A stretch of 63,911 nt of DNA, filler included, from a bacterium (GTDB lineage Bacteria > JALSQH01): assembly GCA_026985515.1 (NCBI GenBank). It is 6 parts of 6 records of this genome, joined end to end, with 100 filler letters (N's around TTAATTAATTAA, not from the genome) between each part and the next. Parts side by side here need not be neighbours in the genome. Positions count along the whole stretch, not along the records: positions 18,118 to 36,098 come from JALSQH010000038.1; 5 more parts are not named here. The stretch is one strand, 5' to 3'. Position 1 is the stretch's first letter, and every line of letters begins with the position of its first letter. Made by a program: the position numbers and the translations under genes. Below, in pieces: positions 18,130 through 28,756 of this stretch. Under the pieces are notes generated by a model. That model was not told where the DNA came from, ran no database searches, and was given only the letters and a program-made list of their open reading frames with translations.

Positions 18130-19266
18130 TTAAATTTCACTGACCAGCTCCCTTATAATTGCATCTGCTCTGCTCCAGTTTGAATAGGGAATTCTTATGT
18201 GATTGCCATGGATCTCCAGAAGACCAAGTTCTATAAATTCCCTTACCTTCTCCGCAAGTGAAGCTTTTTCAGGCAAAATTCCCTTTCTGATCCCAAGATA
18301 AGTTCTCAATCCAAGCATAATTTTTTCAGTTATGATGGATTTTTCGTCAAGCTTTTCCATTTCTTTCACAGGGAGATTTCCGCTCTCAATTTTTTCAAAA
18401 TAGTTTCTGAGAGAGGATACATTGAAGTATCTCTTTTCTCTTTCACTGAAAAATCCATGGGCAGATATGCCCGTTCCAAGATATGAATCCCTCATCCAGT
18501 ATCCCCAGTTGTGAATCGAGAAGTTTTTCGGAAGGGCAAAATTTGATATTTCATAATGGGTGAAACCCATGGAAAGGAGATAATCATGAATGGCAATATA
18601 CCATTCACCAATGACATCATCAGCTGGAAGCCTCACCTTTCCCCTCTCATACATCTCATGGAGAGGGGTACCCCTCTCAACAATTAGAGAATAAGCAGAA
18701 ATGTGGTTGGAATATATGGTTGCGATTTCCAGATCCTTCTCTATTCTCTCCAGAGTATCATTTTCAACACCCCAGATAATGTCAGAATTGATCTTATCAA
18801 AATATTTTTCTGCTTCTTTAAGAGTCTCAAGAGCTTCTTTTCCAGTATGGATCCTTCCAAGAAACTTTAAAACCCTATCGTCAAAACTCTGAATCCCAAT
18901 TGAAACCCTATTAAATCCTATCTCCCTGTAATCTCTCAAACTTCCCCTCTCAACTGTTCCTGGATTCACCTCAATGGTTATCTCTGCAGAAGGGTGAAAA
19001 TCGGGAAAATATTTTCTTACACAATTAAGGATCATATCAAGTAGATAAGCTGATAAGAGGGAAGGTGTACCACCACCAAAATAAACAGAAATTACTCTCT
19101 CATGCTCAATCCCTTCCTCTTCAAATTTTTCCCTCCACAATTTTAACTCATTGCACAGATCTTCCGCGTATCTCTCGTGGACACTTTTATCTTTGACTGC
19201 AAAGGAAACAAAATTACAGTAAGGGCACTTTCTCACACAGAAGGGAATGTGGATGTATATTCTCAT
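18130..19266 (-). CDS. hemW: Radical SAM heme chaperone HemW (HemN-like)
   Basis: YIHIPFCVRKCPYCNF, YFGGGTPS, ITIEVNP, YEISNFA, HN..YW. Confidence 0.92.
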   Translation of the reverse strand: MRIYIHIPFCVRKCPYCNFVSFAVKDKSVHERYAEDLCNELKLWREKFEEEGIEHERVISVYFGGGTPSLLSAYLLDMILNCVRKYFPDFHPSAEITIEVNPGTVERGSLRDYREIGFNRVSIGIQSFDDRVLKFLGRIHTGKEALETLKEAEKYFDKINSDIIWGVENDTLERIEKDLEIATIYSNHISAYSLIVERGTPLHEMYERGKVRLPADDVIGEWYIAIHDYLLSMGFTHYEISNFALPKNFSIHNWGYWMRDSYLGTGISAHGFFSEREKRYFNVSSLRNYFEKIESGNLPVKEMEKLDEKSIITEKIMLGLRTYLGIRKGILPEKASLAEKVREFIELGLLEIHGNHIRIPYSNWSRADAIIRELVSEI

Positions 19267-19277
19267 ACTTCATTATA

Positions 19278-22200
19278 TCATTTCATCCGTGTAAATGTGG
19301 ATTCAAGTAACACAGAGGGTGTAAGATAGTAAAAACCATTTCCAGTGGCAATTCCAGTATTCACATAATTCTTACCGTCAACTGCGATAGCAAAGAAACC
19401 TGCATACTGACCACCAGTTTCCGTGATATGGAACTTTTTCCAGTTCCCATATTTTCCAGTCGCATAAACAATTCTGTTTGAGTTGTAAGTGGAATATACC
19501 ATGTGAACCTTTCCAGAATCATCCACAGTTATCGCTCCATGGCCTGCATAAGCATCACTACTTATCAGCTCACTTTTCCATTTTCCCGACCTGCTGGTGG
19601 CATAGAACAGATTGTTGCCAGATTTATAGATCAGGTAAATGTGATTATCTCTATCCATGGTCACATCAAAATTTCGTACAGCAGGAAAGGGAGTTTCATG
19701 TATTCTGCCTTCATTTACATCGTAATAGAGGAGTTTATTCCTCTGTTCAGAGAAATCTGAGTAAAAAATCAGAACTCTGTCTCCTCTTCCTATGATTTCA
19801 GGTACAGAATTTTCCACATCCTCCTTCCCATCTAACATTATTGGTCCCCTCCAGTCTCCATCGTTATTCTCCATATACTTAACCTGATTGTAATTATCAA
19901 CATAGATCAGGTGAATAACTCTCCTCTCATCTATAAAAAGGGATGGATAGTTCACCTGATCTCCGCCGGTATTCACAACTTCACCGTAAAAAGCAACATC
20001 CGTGTCAGGATAAAAGTACTTATGAATCAACTCACCCCTATCTGGATCATAGTAAACAAAGTGGACTTTACCCTCATCATCACTGGCCACCGCCCTTCCT
20101 GAACTCAGATCCTTATCTGTAACGGGCGTCGAGTACCAGAAATTTTTGTAAAGATAATAATAGGTAAGGCTTCCATAGCCACCGTGATTTTCCTCCACGA
20201 GAATGCCAGGAAATTTTGAATTCTCAATGTTAAACCAGATTCCACCTATCCATGAAGACTCATGATGCCCGATTTCCTGCATATCAAAGGGTAACTCATA
20301 TAAGTAAATTCTCTCCCCATCTGAAGAAGGGTTGCCAGCTGTTATGAAAATTCTGTTGTGATCATCTCTGTTAATCGAGACTGAGTGACCATCCCCCCTC
20401 AGAGATTTAACCTGCCACCCATCACCAGTTTCAACTGCCACTTTGAGGCCGGATCCCACAAATGAGGCTATAATCTCACCATCTGCACCTGCAACGACAT
20501 CGCAGTCTATGATATTTTCATTTGAAATTACCCGAGTATGCCATGTCCCATTACTTTTAAAAGCGTATTTAACCACCTCCGTATCAGAATCTGCATAAAC
20601 TATATGCGGCCTTCCCCAACCATCAAGAGCGAGAGAGTTGTAAGCTCCCACATCATGACTGCTGTTATCCACAACCGTGATGCTCCATGAAGAACCATTC
20701 TTCTCAGCATACTTCAGTTCATGATTGGTGTTATCGTAATAAGCAAGTTTTATTCTTCCAGCATTATCCACAGCAATGGAATTAAAAATGCCAGCGTCGT
20801 TGCTGTCAGGAACAGTTTCACTTACCCACCCCCCATATTTTCTGTATGAAACTCTCAATCTCCTCACCGTTGAACCATACTGATTCCTCAATTGATAGTA
20901 GGCAATATATGGAGTTCTATGACTATCAAGGGCAATAGAAGTTCTGAAGGGAGTATACAGAGAAACATTTTTGCTCTCATCAAATGTTTCAATTTCCCAA
21001 TTACCTCCCGAATAATATGCCATTCTAAAATAAGCAGTATATGTTGATCCTGAACCTTCGGGAATCATATCCACAAAGGAGATATATGGCCTCCCATTCT
21101 CATCAACTGCTATATCGGAATCCCAGCCATCACTTCCATCTGCCTCAACCACCTGATACCTCCATTCACTGCCGGCGTTGGTTGCGTAAATCAAACGACT
21201 ATCACTGGATTGAAAAACCATATGTATCCAGCCATTCCTGTCAAGGGCCATAGAAATCTTACCAGCTGGTGCTGGCAAACCTTCAATCTCTTTTCTCATA
21301 ACTCCAGGCAGATCAAAACTATTGTTCCATATCATATCCCCAAGGTAATTATAATTTCTCAATTCAAGAGAACCATTCCAGACCTCCCATGGAAATTTTT
21401 TAAGATTTACCTCTGTTGAATTGTTGTAAACATTGTCACTGTATGTCTCACCGGTGATATCTTCGTACGAGTAATTTCCAAGGAGAGTGGAGGTTCCCTC
21501 AGGATTATCCCATACAACATGCACCCCATCTGCAGCACTAACATAGTAAGCTCTTTTAACAGGATCAATTGGCAATCCCGCATTAAAAGGGGCAGACCAT
21601 TCTGAAACATTGCCAACATTATCAATCGTTCTGATTCTGTAAAGATGGGGGTATCCTGGCAAAATTGAAACATCAGTGTATGTGGTTACTCCTGCAGGGA
21701 GCTCCGCCACAGTTACAAAAAAGGTATCTATACCCTCAATCTTTCTCTGCAATTCAAAGTGGTCCAGATCAGCTGACCCGGGAAAACTCCACCCTATTTT
21801 AATCTGGTTATTACTGAAAGATACTCTGTACAGATCAGGAACTGGTGGGGGTGTGGTATCCAGAGTAACAACAGTCAAATACACAGGTGACTCATTACCT
21901 GCATAATCAACATACTTCACAAATATCTCCTTTACTCCATCACCAGAGGTTAAATACCACTCAGTTGAAGTTGTGGCGCTAATTTGATACGATTCACCAA
22001 ATGCAGGGAAGTTACTTATGAGAATTCTGGCAGTATCAGTTGAATAACCGGCAAATTTAAGATTCACTATGGGAGAATTCACCTTTCCATCCACTTTAAC
22101 ATCTTCAACTTCTGCCGGTGAACCTTCGGGAGGAGTGGTGTCTTTAATAAATTTCAAAACAGCAGATGTTTCATTTCCTGCGTAATCTCTGAAAGATATT

Positions 22201-23435
22201 CTCAGAGTGTAATCACCATCAGAAGTAAGCGTGACAGAATAGTACTGCTGATAAGGCATCCAGCGTGAAACACTACCATTTACTCTTATTCTGAAATCCT
22301 TTACCCCACTTTCATTGTCAGAAACCACAGAATTCAGAGGAAGCTCTCCCCTCCCTCTGAAATACAGCCTTTCTCCATATCTGACAACATCACCTGTGTC
22401 TATAATGCCAAGATAAATTACCTCGGGTTTCCCCTGATCAAGATAAATCGACTCTTTCAATACCCCTGTCTCATAACCATACTGGTCCCTGAAATTCACA
22501 CAAACAGTTTTCATTCCGCTTCCCTCAGTTAGCAGCCACTCCTCGGTGGCTTTGAAAATCTTCCATCCTGTAAAGTGACAATCTCCATCATAGTAATTTC
22601 CAGTGGTCATTGCAGTTGCATTAAAACCATACAGCTCAAGTTTAACTTCCCGTGTTGATGAAAATGAATAATCCGGGACAGGTTCCCCATTTTCACCTTT
22701 AACATATCCTCTAATTTTAAATGCACCTGTCACTCTGAAAAGTACCACATTACCCACATCTTTTACACCATTCTTTTCATCTGCAATAACTATATTGTCA
22801 ATTTTCCTTGTAAGGTATCCATCTTTCTTTATCAGAAGTGAATACTTCCCGGCATAGACATTATTGAAGTGAAACTCTCCATCCTCATCAACAGTTTTTA
22901 CCACTGTAAAATCTGATGTTTCAGCGGGGAAACTTTCACTCATTTTTCCAAAACCTGATTTTGAAGTGGAAACTCTTTTCAAGATAACAATTGCTCCATC
23001 TGGAGAGGAAGATTCCCCTCCACTCTGTTGCAGGACCACCTTTCCAGTCAGCAGAAATTTCAGAGCTCTTACGAAAATTTCACCTGTATCCTGGATGGTT
23101 CCTATCCCCACAGAGATTTTTTTCACCGTTCTAACAAAATATTTCTCAGATACAATTATTGAGTAATTTCCAGGTATTACACCTGTAAACTTGAACTTTC
23201 CCTCTCTATCTGTAACGACGCTTTTTGAATCAAGTTTTCCCTGAAGAAGTACAGTAACACCAGCATAGTCACTTTCTCCCTCAAGAACAATATGACCTGT
23301 AACCACACTCCTTTTCTGGTATCTGACCGGATCAGCTTCGGGATCGTAGGCATTAGTATGATCAAGATTATCTGAGCAGGAAATCAGAAAAAAAGCAATG
23401 AAAAGAAAAAGAAAAAAAATTCTTGGAGAACTCAT
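19278..23435 (-). CDS. Large surface lipoprotein: carboxypeptidase-regulatory-like and Ig/FN3-like domains plus beta-propeller repeats
   Basis: Lipobox LISC, NAYDP, TDREGKFKF..V.PGNYS, DYAGN/DTTPP repeats, FN3-like YTD...PG..H.YRIR, repeated S(I/L)A(V/L)D..G.PHI.Y blades. Confidence 0.8.
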   Translation of the reverse strand: MSSPRIFFLFLFIAFFLISCSDNLDHTNAYDPEADPVRYQKRSVVTGHIVLEGESDYAGVTVLLQGKLDSKSVVTDREGKFKFTGVIPGNYSIIVSEKYFVRTVKKISVGIGTIQDTGEIFVRALKFLLTGKVVLQQSGGESSSPDGAIVILKRVSTSKSGFGKMSESFPAETSDFTVVKTVDEDGEFHFNNVYAGKYSLLIKKDGYLTRKIDNIVIADEKNGVKDVGNVVLFRVTGAFKIRGYVKGENGEPVPDYSFSSTREVKLELYGFNATAMTTGNYYDGDCHFTGWKIFKATEEWLLTEGSGMKTVCVNFRDQYGYETGVLKESIYLDQGKPEVIYLGIIDTGDVVRYGERLYFRGRGELPLNSVVSDNESGVKDFRIRVNGSVSRWMPYQQYYSVTLTSDGDYTLRISFRDYAGNETSAVLKFIKDTTPPEGSPAEVEDVKVDGKVNSPIVNLKFAGYSTDTARILISNFPAFGESYQISATTSTEWYLTSGDGVKEIFVKYVDYAGNESPVYLTVVTLDTTPPPVPDLYRVSFSNNQIKIGWSFPGSADLDHFELQRKIEGIDTFFVTVAELPAGVTTYTDVSILPGYPHLYRIRTIDNVGNVSEWSAPFNAGLPIDPVKRAYYVSAADGVHVVWDNPEGTSTLLGNYSYEDITGETYSDNVYNNSTEVNLKKFPWEVWNGSLELRNYNYLGDMIWNNSFDLPGVMRKEIEGLPAPAGKISMALDRNGWIHMVFQSSDSRLIYATNAGSEWRYQVVEADGSDGWDSDIAVDENGRPYISFVDMIPEGSGSTYTAYFRMAYYSGGNWEIETFDESKNVSLYTPFRTSIALDSHRTPYIAYYQLRNQYGSTVRRLRVSYRKYGGWVSETVPDSNDAGIFNSIAVDNAGRIKLAYYDNTNHELKYAEKNGSSWSITVVDNSSHDVGAYNSLALDGWGRPHIVYADSDTEVVKYAFKSNGTWHTRVISNENIIDCDVVAGADGEIIASFVGSGLKVAVETGDGWQVKSLRGDGHSVSINRDDHNRIFITAGNPSSDGERIYLYELPFDMQEIGHHESSWIGGIWFNIENSKFPGILVEENHGGYGSLTYYYLYKNFWYSTPVTDKDLSSGRAVASDDEGKVHFVYYDPDRGELIHKYFYPDTDVAFYGEVVNTGGDQVNYPSLFIDERRVIHLIYVDNYNQVKYMENNDGDWRGPIMLDGKEDVENSVPEIIGRGDRVLIFYSDFSEQRNKLLYYDVNEGRIHETPFPAVRNFDVTMDRDNHIYLIYKSGNNLFYATSRSGKWKSELISSDAYAGHGAITVDDSGKVHMVYSTYNSNRIVYATGKYGNWKKFHITETGGQYAGFFAIAVDGKNYVNTGIATGNGFYYLTPSVLLESTFTRMK

Positions 23436-23481
23436 CTGATCCTCCCCGCAGAAAGGATTTTCTTACATTTTAACACTAAAG

Positions 23482-23524
23482 ATTATAATCTGAAAGTAAA
23501 AAAAATTCTGTGACAGATGTCACA
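23482..23524 (-). promoter_or_regulatory. CRP/FNR-family box (23509-23524) with -10 TATAAT (23482-23487): class II-type promoter for the large lipoprotein gene
   Basis: TGTGAcagatgTCACA; centre about 41.5 bp upstream of the predicted start site. Confidence 0.7.
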
Positions 23525-23559
23525 AAATCAACAAAAAGTAAAATTTCTTACCGGTCATA

Positions 23560-23588
23560 TTGACACCACTCTGTCCAGTTTATAAAAT
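23560..23588 (+). promoter_or_regulatory. sigma70 promoter for rnj, TTGACA-17-TAAAAT
   Basis: Near-consensus hexamers 35 bp upstream of the ATG. Confidence 0.65.
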
Positions 23589-23623
23589 TTTTTTCAGTTT
23601 ATATTCAAGGTGAGGATAAAAAA

Positions 23624-25273
23624 ATGATCAGAATTCTCTGTCTGGGTGGCTGTGGTGAAATTGGACTGAACAGCATCGTGGTAGAAATTAATGAAAAACT
23701 CATACTTATTGACTCAGGTATGGGTTTCCCTTCATGTTCCCATTATGGGGTTGACCTTTTAATTCCCGATTTTAAGTATATCAGGGAAAATCAGGAAAAA
23801 CTTGAGGCAATTCTGCTCACTCATGGGCATGAGGATCATATCGGCGCACTACCCTACCTCTTTTCCCAACTGGAAAGGAGTGTTCCCGTCTTTGGAGGAG
23901 AATTCACTCTTGCCCTTGCAGAAAAAAGATTTGAAGGATTTGAAACTGAATCTAAACCTAAATGGAGTGTGGTAAGTCCATTTGAGAAAATGGAAATTAA
24001 TGAAAACATTTTTGCAAAGTTTATTCCTGTTACCCACAGTACTGTTGACAGCTATGCAATCGCACTCTATACGGACGAAGGGATCATTTTCCATACGGGA
24101 GATTTTAAAATAGATAGATCTCCATTAAACGGGGATCCATTCCCTGAAAATGAAATTAGAAACGTTGGAAGTGAAGGTGTTAAAATCCTGTTATCAGAAA
24201 GTACAAATGTTGAACTTCCAGGTTACTCTCTCCCCGAAAAGGATGTAAAAGAATCTCTATTCAAAATTTTCGAAAAGGCAGAGGGAAGGATTCTATTTAC
24301 AACCTTCTCCTCTCATATAACAAGAATTAAAGAAGTTATTGACATTTCAGCTCAGCTCGGAAGAAAAGTTTATATCAGCGGAAGAAGCATAAAGGAAAGT
24401 GTTGAGATTGCTTTTAAACTTGGGATTTTTGGAGAAGAGGAGAGAAAAGCCATTATTGGCGATTTATCGGACATTCCAGACAGAGCTTTTACAATAATTG
24501 TAACGGGAAGTCAGGGAGAACCATTCTCCACCCTTTACAGAATTTCCAGAAATGAAGATAGAAACATCAAGATAAAACCTGACGACATAGTAATAATTTC
24601 AGCCAAATTTATTCCAGGACAGGAAAAGGCAATCTACAGTTACATCAACAGACTTTACAAGCTGGGAGTAAAAGAGGTTTTTTATGAGAAACTTCACCAG
24701 GTTCATGCCTCAGGCCATGCCCACAGAGAAGAACTCAGAGAGATGATCAGAATGATCAGGCCTGAGATTTTCATTCCCGTTCATGGTGAATACAGACATC
24801 TTGAGCTTCACAGAAGACTCGCAAGTGAAGAAGGGATCGAAAAAACCTTTGTCCTTCAGAATGGTGAAGGAGTGGTGATAGAAGGAGAAGAAATTCATAA
24901 ATTTGAGTATCCAGTTGGAGTAACTTACATAGATGGATTAAGTACCGGAGATCTCTCGGGAGAAGTGATGAAAAAGAGAAAATTCATTTCAAGGGAGGGA
25001 TTGATAGTTCTTTTTGGCGTCATTAACAGTGCAAGGGAGTTTTCCTTTGGACCCAAGATATTCTCTCTGGGAATTGTGGAGGAAGATGTTTTTGAAGAAT
25101 TGAAAGAAAGGATTACAGGGATAACTACTGAAGTTTTAAAAAACATTAAAAAGGTTTCTCCTGATCACATACCACTTATTGAAGAAGAGATGAGAGTCAG
25201 GATCAGAAGATTTATGAGAGGAGTAACGGGTAAAAACCCTCTCATTACTGTTATTCTGGAATTTGAAAATTAG
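23624..25273 (+). CDS. rnj: Ribonuclease J
   Basis: LGG.GEIG.N, THGHEDHIG, HTGDFKID, ESTN, GSQGEP, HASGH, PVHGEYRH. Confidence 0.95.
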   Translation: MIRILCLGGCGEIGLNSIVVEINEKLILIDSGMGFPSCSHYGVDLLIPDFKYIRENQEKLEAILLTHGHEDHIGALPYLFSQLERSVPVFGGEFTLALAEKRFEGFETESKPKWSVVSPFEKMEINENIFAKFIPVTHSTVDSYAIALYTDEGIIFHTGDFKIDRSPLNGDPFPENEIRNVGSEGVKILLSESTNVELPGYSLPEKDVKESLFKIFEKAEGRILFTTFSSHITRIKEVIDISAQLGRKVYISGRSIKESVEIAFKLGIFGEEERKAIIGDLSDIPDRAFTIIVTGSQGEPFSTLYRISRNEDRNIKIKPDDIVIISAKFIPGQEKAIYSYINRLYKLGVKEVFYEKLHQVHASGHAHREELREMIRMIRPEIFIPVHGEYRHLELHRRLASEEGIEKTFVLQNGEGVVIEGEEIHKFEYPVGVTYIDGLSTGDLSGEVMKKRKFISREGLIVLFGVINSAREFSFGPKIFSLGIVEEDVFEELKERITGITTEVLKNIKKVSPDHIPLIEEEMRVRIRRFMRGVTGKNPLITVILEFEN

Positions 25274-26007
25274 ATGTGAAAATACGCGAGGAATTCCACA
25301 TTTCCCTTCTGTCCCTTGATTGGGGATTCAACCCATCCCTCAATCACAAGGCCAAGATTTCTGGCAAAATTTAATATTTTTTCAACAGCTTCCATCTGAT
25401 ATTCTCTTTTACGCACCACCCCACCCTTTCCCACTTTCTCCCTTCCCACCTCAAACTGGGGTTTAATAAGTACGACTATTTCTTTCCTTCCCTCAAGGAT
25501 CCCGTAGATAACAGGTAGAACCAGCGTCAGGGAGATAAAGGAAAGATCCAGGGTTGCCATAACAGGCGGTATTTGAAAATGTTCTCTGGTTACATACCTG
25601 ATATTGGTGTTGTCCATAACCACAACTCTTGGATCCTTCTGAAGTTTCCAGTGTAACTGCCCCCTTCCCACATCCACCGCATATACGAGCCTGGCTCCCC
25701 TCTGCAACAGGAGATCAGTGAAGCCCCCTGTAGAAGCCCCTGCATCAATAACCACCTTATCTCTAACATCGATATTAAAGTGATCAAGAGCCTTTTGAAG
25801 TTTAAGGCCTCCCCTGCTCACATAGGGCAATCTCTCTCTGACCCTGAGCGGCGCGTCAACGGGAAGAAGTTCACCTGCCTTCTCTATTTTTCTGTTTTCA
25901 AGAAAAACCTCTCCAGCAAGGATTAATGCACGCGCCTTCTCCCTCGATTCTGCAAGACCCCTTTCTACAAGGAGCAGATCAGCCCTTTTCTTTTCAACCA
26001 TGGGCAA
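25270..26007 (-). CDS. tlyA: TlyA family rRNA 2'-O-methyltransferase
   Basis: S4 domain, YVSRGGLKL, DAGASTGGFTD, DLSFISL, IKPQFE. Confidence 0.95.
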   Translation of the reverse strand: MPMVEKKRADLLLVERGLAESREKARALILAGEVFLENRKIEKAGELLPVDAPLRVRERLPYVSRGGLKLQKALDHFNIDVRDKVVIDAGASTGGFTDLLLQRGARLVYAVDVGRGQLHWKLQKDPRVVVMDNTNIRYVTREHFQIPPVMATLDLSFISLTLVLPVIYGILEGRKEIVVLIKPQFEVGREKVGKGGVVRKREYQMEAVEKILNFARNLGLVIEGWVESPIKGQKGNVEFLAYFHI

Positions 26008-27868
26008 GTATTCCGGAAATGATCTCTTTTATTCTCCTGTAGAGACCATCTTCGTCAAGACCTGCAAGTCTCCGGAGATCAGATTGGCTTCCAACAGGTG
26101 GGAAACAGTCATTGAGACCGATTCTGAAAACAGGTGGCCCCGACCTTTCACTGTAGAATTCCGCAACGGCTCCACCAAGCCCGCCTATGATACTGTTTTC
26201 CTCCACAGTTATGGCAAAAGGTTCAGACTCAAAACTCCTCAGCATCTCACTGTCAAGTGGTTTCACAAAACGCGCATTTACAACTGCTATTTTGATACCA
26301 TCTTTCCTCAACCTTTCAGCAACTTTAAGTACAGGATACACCGGATAACCTGCAGCAAAAATAACTCCATGCTCCCCATCAGAGAGAATTTCCCACTTCC
26401 CCTCCTCAATAAAGACAAAATCATCAGTGACTTCCACTCCTACTCCCGCTCCTCTGGGATACCTTATCGCTTTTGGACCTTTTTCCCATCTGAAAGCTGA
26501 GTAAAGCAGGTTTTTCAATTCATTTTCATCCTTCGGCACCGCAATTGTGAAATTGGGAATTAGCCGCAGATAGCTAAGATCAAAAATACCATGATGGGTG
26601 GGACCATCCTCCCCCACAATTCCTGCCCTGTCAAGAGCAAAAATAACTGGCAATTTCTGGATGGCAACATCATGGATAAGTTGATCAAAAGCCCTCTGCA
26701 AAAATGTGGAGTAAATAGCCACCACCGGCTTTAAACCTTTAATAGCCATGCCAGCAGCAAACAGTACAGCATGCTGCTCAGCAATACCAACATCAAAAAA
26801 TCTATCGGGAAAAACTTCTTTGAACTTATTCAGACCGGTCCCCGTTGGCATGGCTGCGGTTATTGCAACAATATCCTCATCTTCTCTGGCAAGTTTTATA
26901 AGTGTATCCGCAAAAACAGAAGTATAACTTCTTGGCTTATTGCTTTTAATAACTTCACCAGTTTTAACATCAAAAGGACCTATACCGTGAAACTTTTCAG
27001 GGTCACTTTCTGCAGGAGGATAACCTTTCCCCTTTTTCGTGACCACATGAATAAGAAGAGGCCTTTCTTGTATCTTTGCATTTTCAAAAACCTCAATCAG
27101 CTCCTCAATCCTGTGTCCATTAATTAGACCAACATATACAAAACCCATTGCTTCAAAGAGGGCGCTGGGAGCAAGCAAACTTTTTATTGAATCCTCAATT
27201 TTTCTTACAAGTTCAATGGCACCAGGTGTACCGATTTTTCTCAGAAAGTTTTTCACCTCATTTCTGAGAGAAGTCATGAACCTGCCGGTCATTTTTCTGC
27301 TGAGAAAAGAGGAAATTGCTCCAACATTGGGAGAGATACTCATTCCATTATCATTCAAAACGACAATAATATCTTTATCGCTGTCTCCCGCGTTATTCAA
27401 AGCTTCAAAGGCAACCCCAGCAGTCAGAGCTCCATCTCCAATAATTGCAACTACCTTCGTATCTTTCTTTCCTTTCCTATCAAGAGCCTCTCTTATGCCA
27501 AGAGCAGCCGAGATTGATGTACTGCTGTGACCTGCCCCGAAAACATCATACTCACTTTCCTCAATGGATAAAAACCCGCTAATACCGTTAAATTTTCGGA
27601 GTTCTTTAAATTCATCTCTTCTTCCTGTAATGATTTTATGAGCGTATGCCTGGTGTCCAACATCCCATACCAGTATATCCTCAGGTGTGTTGAAAACATA
27701 GTGAAGGGCAATGGCAAGTTCCACCGCTCCAAGGCTTGGTGCAAGATGTCCGCCATTTTTTGAAACCACATCTATTATGTAATTCCTGATTTCTTTTGCC
27801 AGAGTGTAAAGTTCATCAACAGATAATTTTCTTATGTCTTCCGGGGAGTTAACCTTTTCAAGAAGCAT
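25994..27868 (-). CDS. dxs: 1-deoxy-D-xylulose-5-phosphate synthase
   Basis: GGHLAPSLG, WDVGHQAY, GHSSTS, GDGALT..NDN, DVGIAEQHA, YSTFLQR, DGPTH. Confidence 0.97.
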   Translation of the reverse strand: MLLEKVNSPEDIRKLSVDELYTLAKEIRNYIIDVVSKNGGHLAPSLGAVELAIALHYVFNTPEDILVWDVGHQAYAHKIITGRRDEFKELRKFNGISGFLSIEESEYDVFGAGHSSTSISAALGIREALDRKGKKDTKVVAIIGDGALTAGVAFEALNNAGDSDKDIIVVLNDNGMSISPNVGAISSFLSRKMTGRFMTSLRNEVKNFLRKIGTPGAIELVRKIEDSIKSLLAPSALFEAMGFVYVGLINGHRIEELIEVFENAKIQERPLLIHVVTKKGKGYPPAESDPEKFHGIGPFDVKTGEVIKSNKPRSYTSVFADTLIKLAREDEDIVAITAAMPTGTGLNKFKEVFPDRFFDVGIAEQHAVLFAAGMAIKGLKPVVAIYSTFLQRAFDQLIHDVAIQKLPVIFALDRAGIVGEDGPTHHGIFDLSYLRLIPNFTIAVPKDENELKNLLYSAFRWEKGPKAIRYPRGAGVGVEVTDDFVFIEEGKWEILSDGEHGVIFAAGYPVYPVLKVAERLRKDGIKIAVVNARFVKPLDSEMLRSFESEPFAITVEENSIIGGLGGAVAEFYSERSGPPVFRIGLNDCFPPVGSQSDLRRLAGLDEDGLYRRIKEIISGILAHG

Positions 27869-27877
27869 TTTTTCCTC

Positions 27878-28756
27878 CTAAAACTCCCTTTCTCCAATAA
27901 ATTTTACCAGTTTCTCAAGATTACTACCAGAGGGAATAATGGAGAGGAGTTCCTCAAGAATAGCGTTTTTAAAGATTACAGCATTCTCAAGACCAAGTAT
28001 GGTTACAAAGGTGTTCTTTCCCCTCTCTCTATCCTTATGCAATTTCTTTCCCACCTTTTTCTCATCCCCAGTCTCATCAAGTATGTCATCCACAATCTGA
28101 AATAAAAGTCCCGTCCTGCTTCCAACTTTTTTCCACATATCTATTTCCTCTTCGCTTCTTCCAGCCAGAATGGCAGGTCCAGCCACTGATGCTTCTATCA
28201 GTTTACCCGTTTTGAAAAGAGCCATCTTTTCAACTTCATTCTGATTAAGCCTTCTTTTCTCTCCCTCAATGTCAATTTGCTGACCTGCAACCATCCCTTC
28301 CACACCTGCGTTCAGAGCAACATATCCCACAACTCTGAGCACCCTTTCAGAAGGGAAATTTCCTGCAAGACCATTGCTCAACACAAAAAAAGCATGGGTT
28401 AATAAAGCATCACCGGCAAGGATGGCTGTTGCTTCATCATATTTTTTATGCACAGTAGGTTTTCCCCTTCTGAAATCATCATTATCCATGGCTGGAAGAT
28501 CATCATGAATCAAAGAATATGTGTGAATCATCTCTATACCAGCAGCAAAGGGTAAAATATCCTCCTTCTCTACTCCAAGAAGTTCAGAAACGGCAAATGA
28601 AAGGAGTGGCCTGACCCTCTTTCCTCCAGAAAAAACAGCATACCTCATAGCATCAAATAACCTTTCTGCTCCATTTTCAGAAAAAGCCAAGAGATCTCTC
28701 AGATACTTATCAATCAGCTCGCGGTTTTCTTCCATCCAGGAGTGGAAATCTCTCAA
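27878..28756 (-). CDS. ispA: Farnesyl/geranylgeranyl diphosphate synthase
   Basis: GGKRVRP, SLIHDDLPAMDNDDFRRG, FQIVDDILD. Confidence 0.95.
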   Translation of the reverse strand: MRDFHSWMEENRELIDKYLRDLLAFSENGAERLFDAMRYAVFSGGKRVRPLLSFAVSELLGVEKEDILPFAAGIEMIHTYSLIHDDLPAMDNDDFRRGKPTVHKKYDEATAILAGDALLTHAFFVLSNGLAGNFPSERVLRVVGYVALNAGVEGMVAGQQIDIEGEKRRLNQNEVEKMALFKTGKLIEASVAGPAILAGRSEEEIDMWKKVGSRTGLLFQIVDDILDETGDEKKVGKKLHKDRERGKNTFVTILGLENAVIFKNAILEELLSIIPSGSNLEKLVKFIGEREF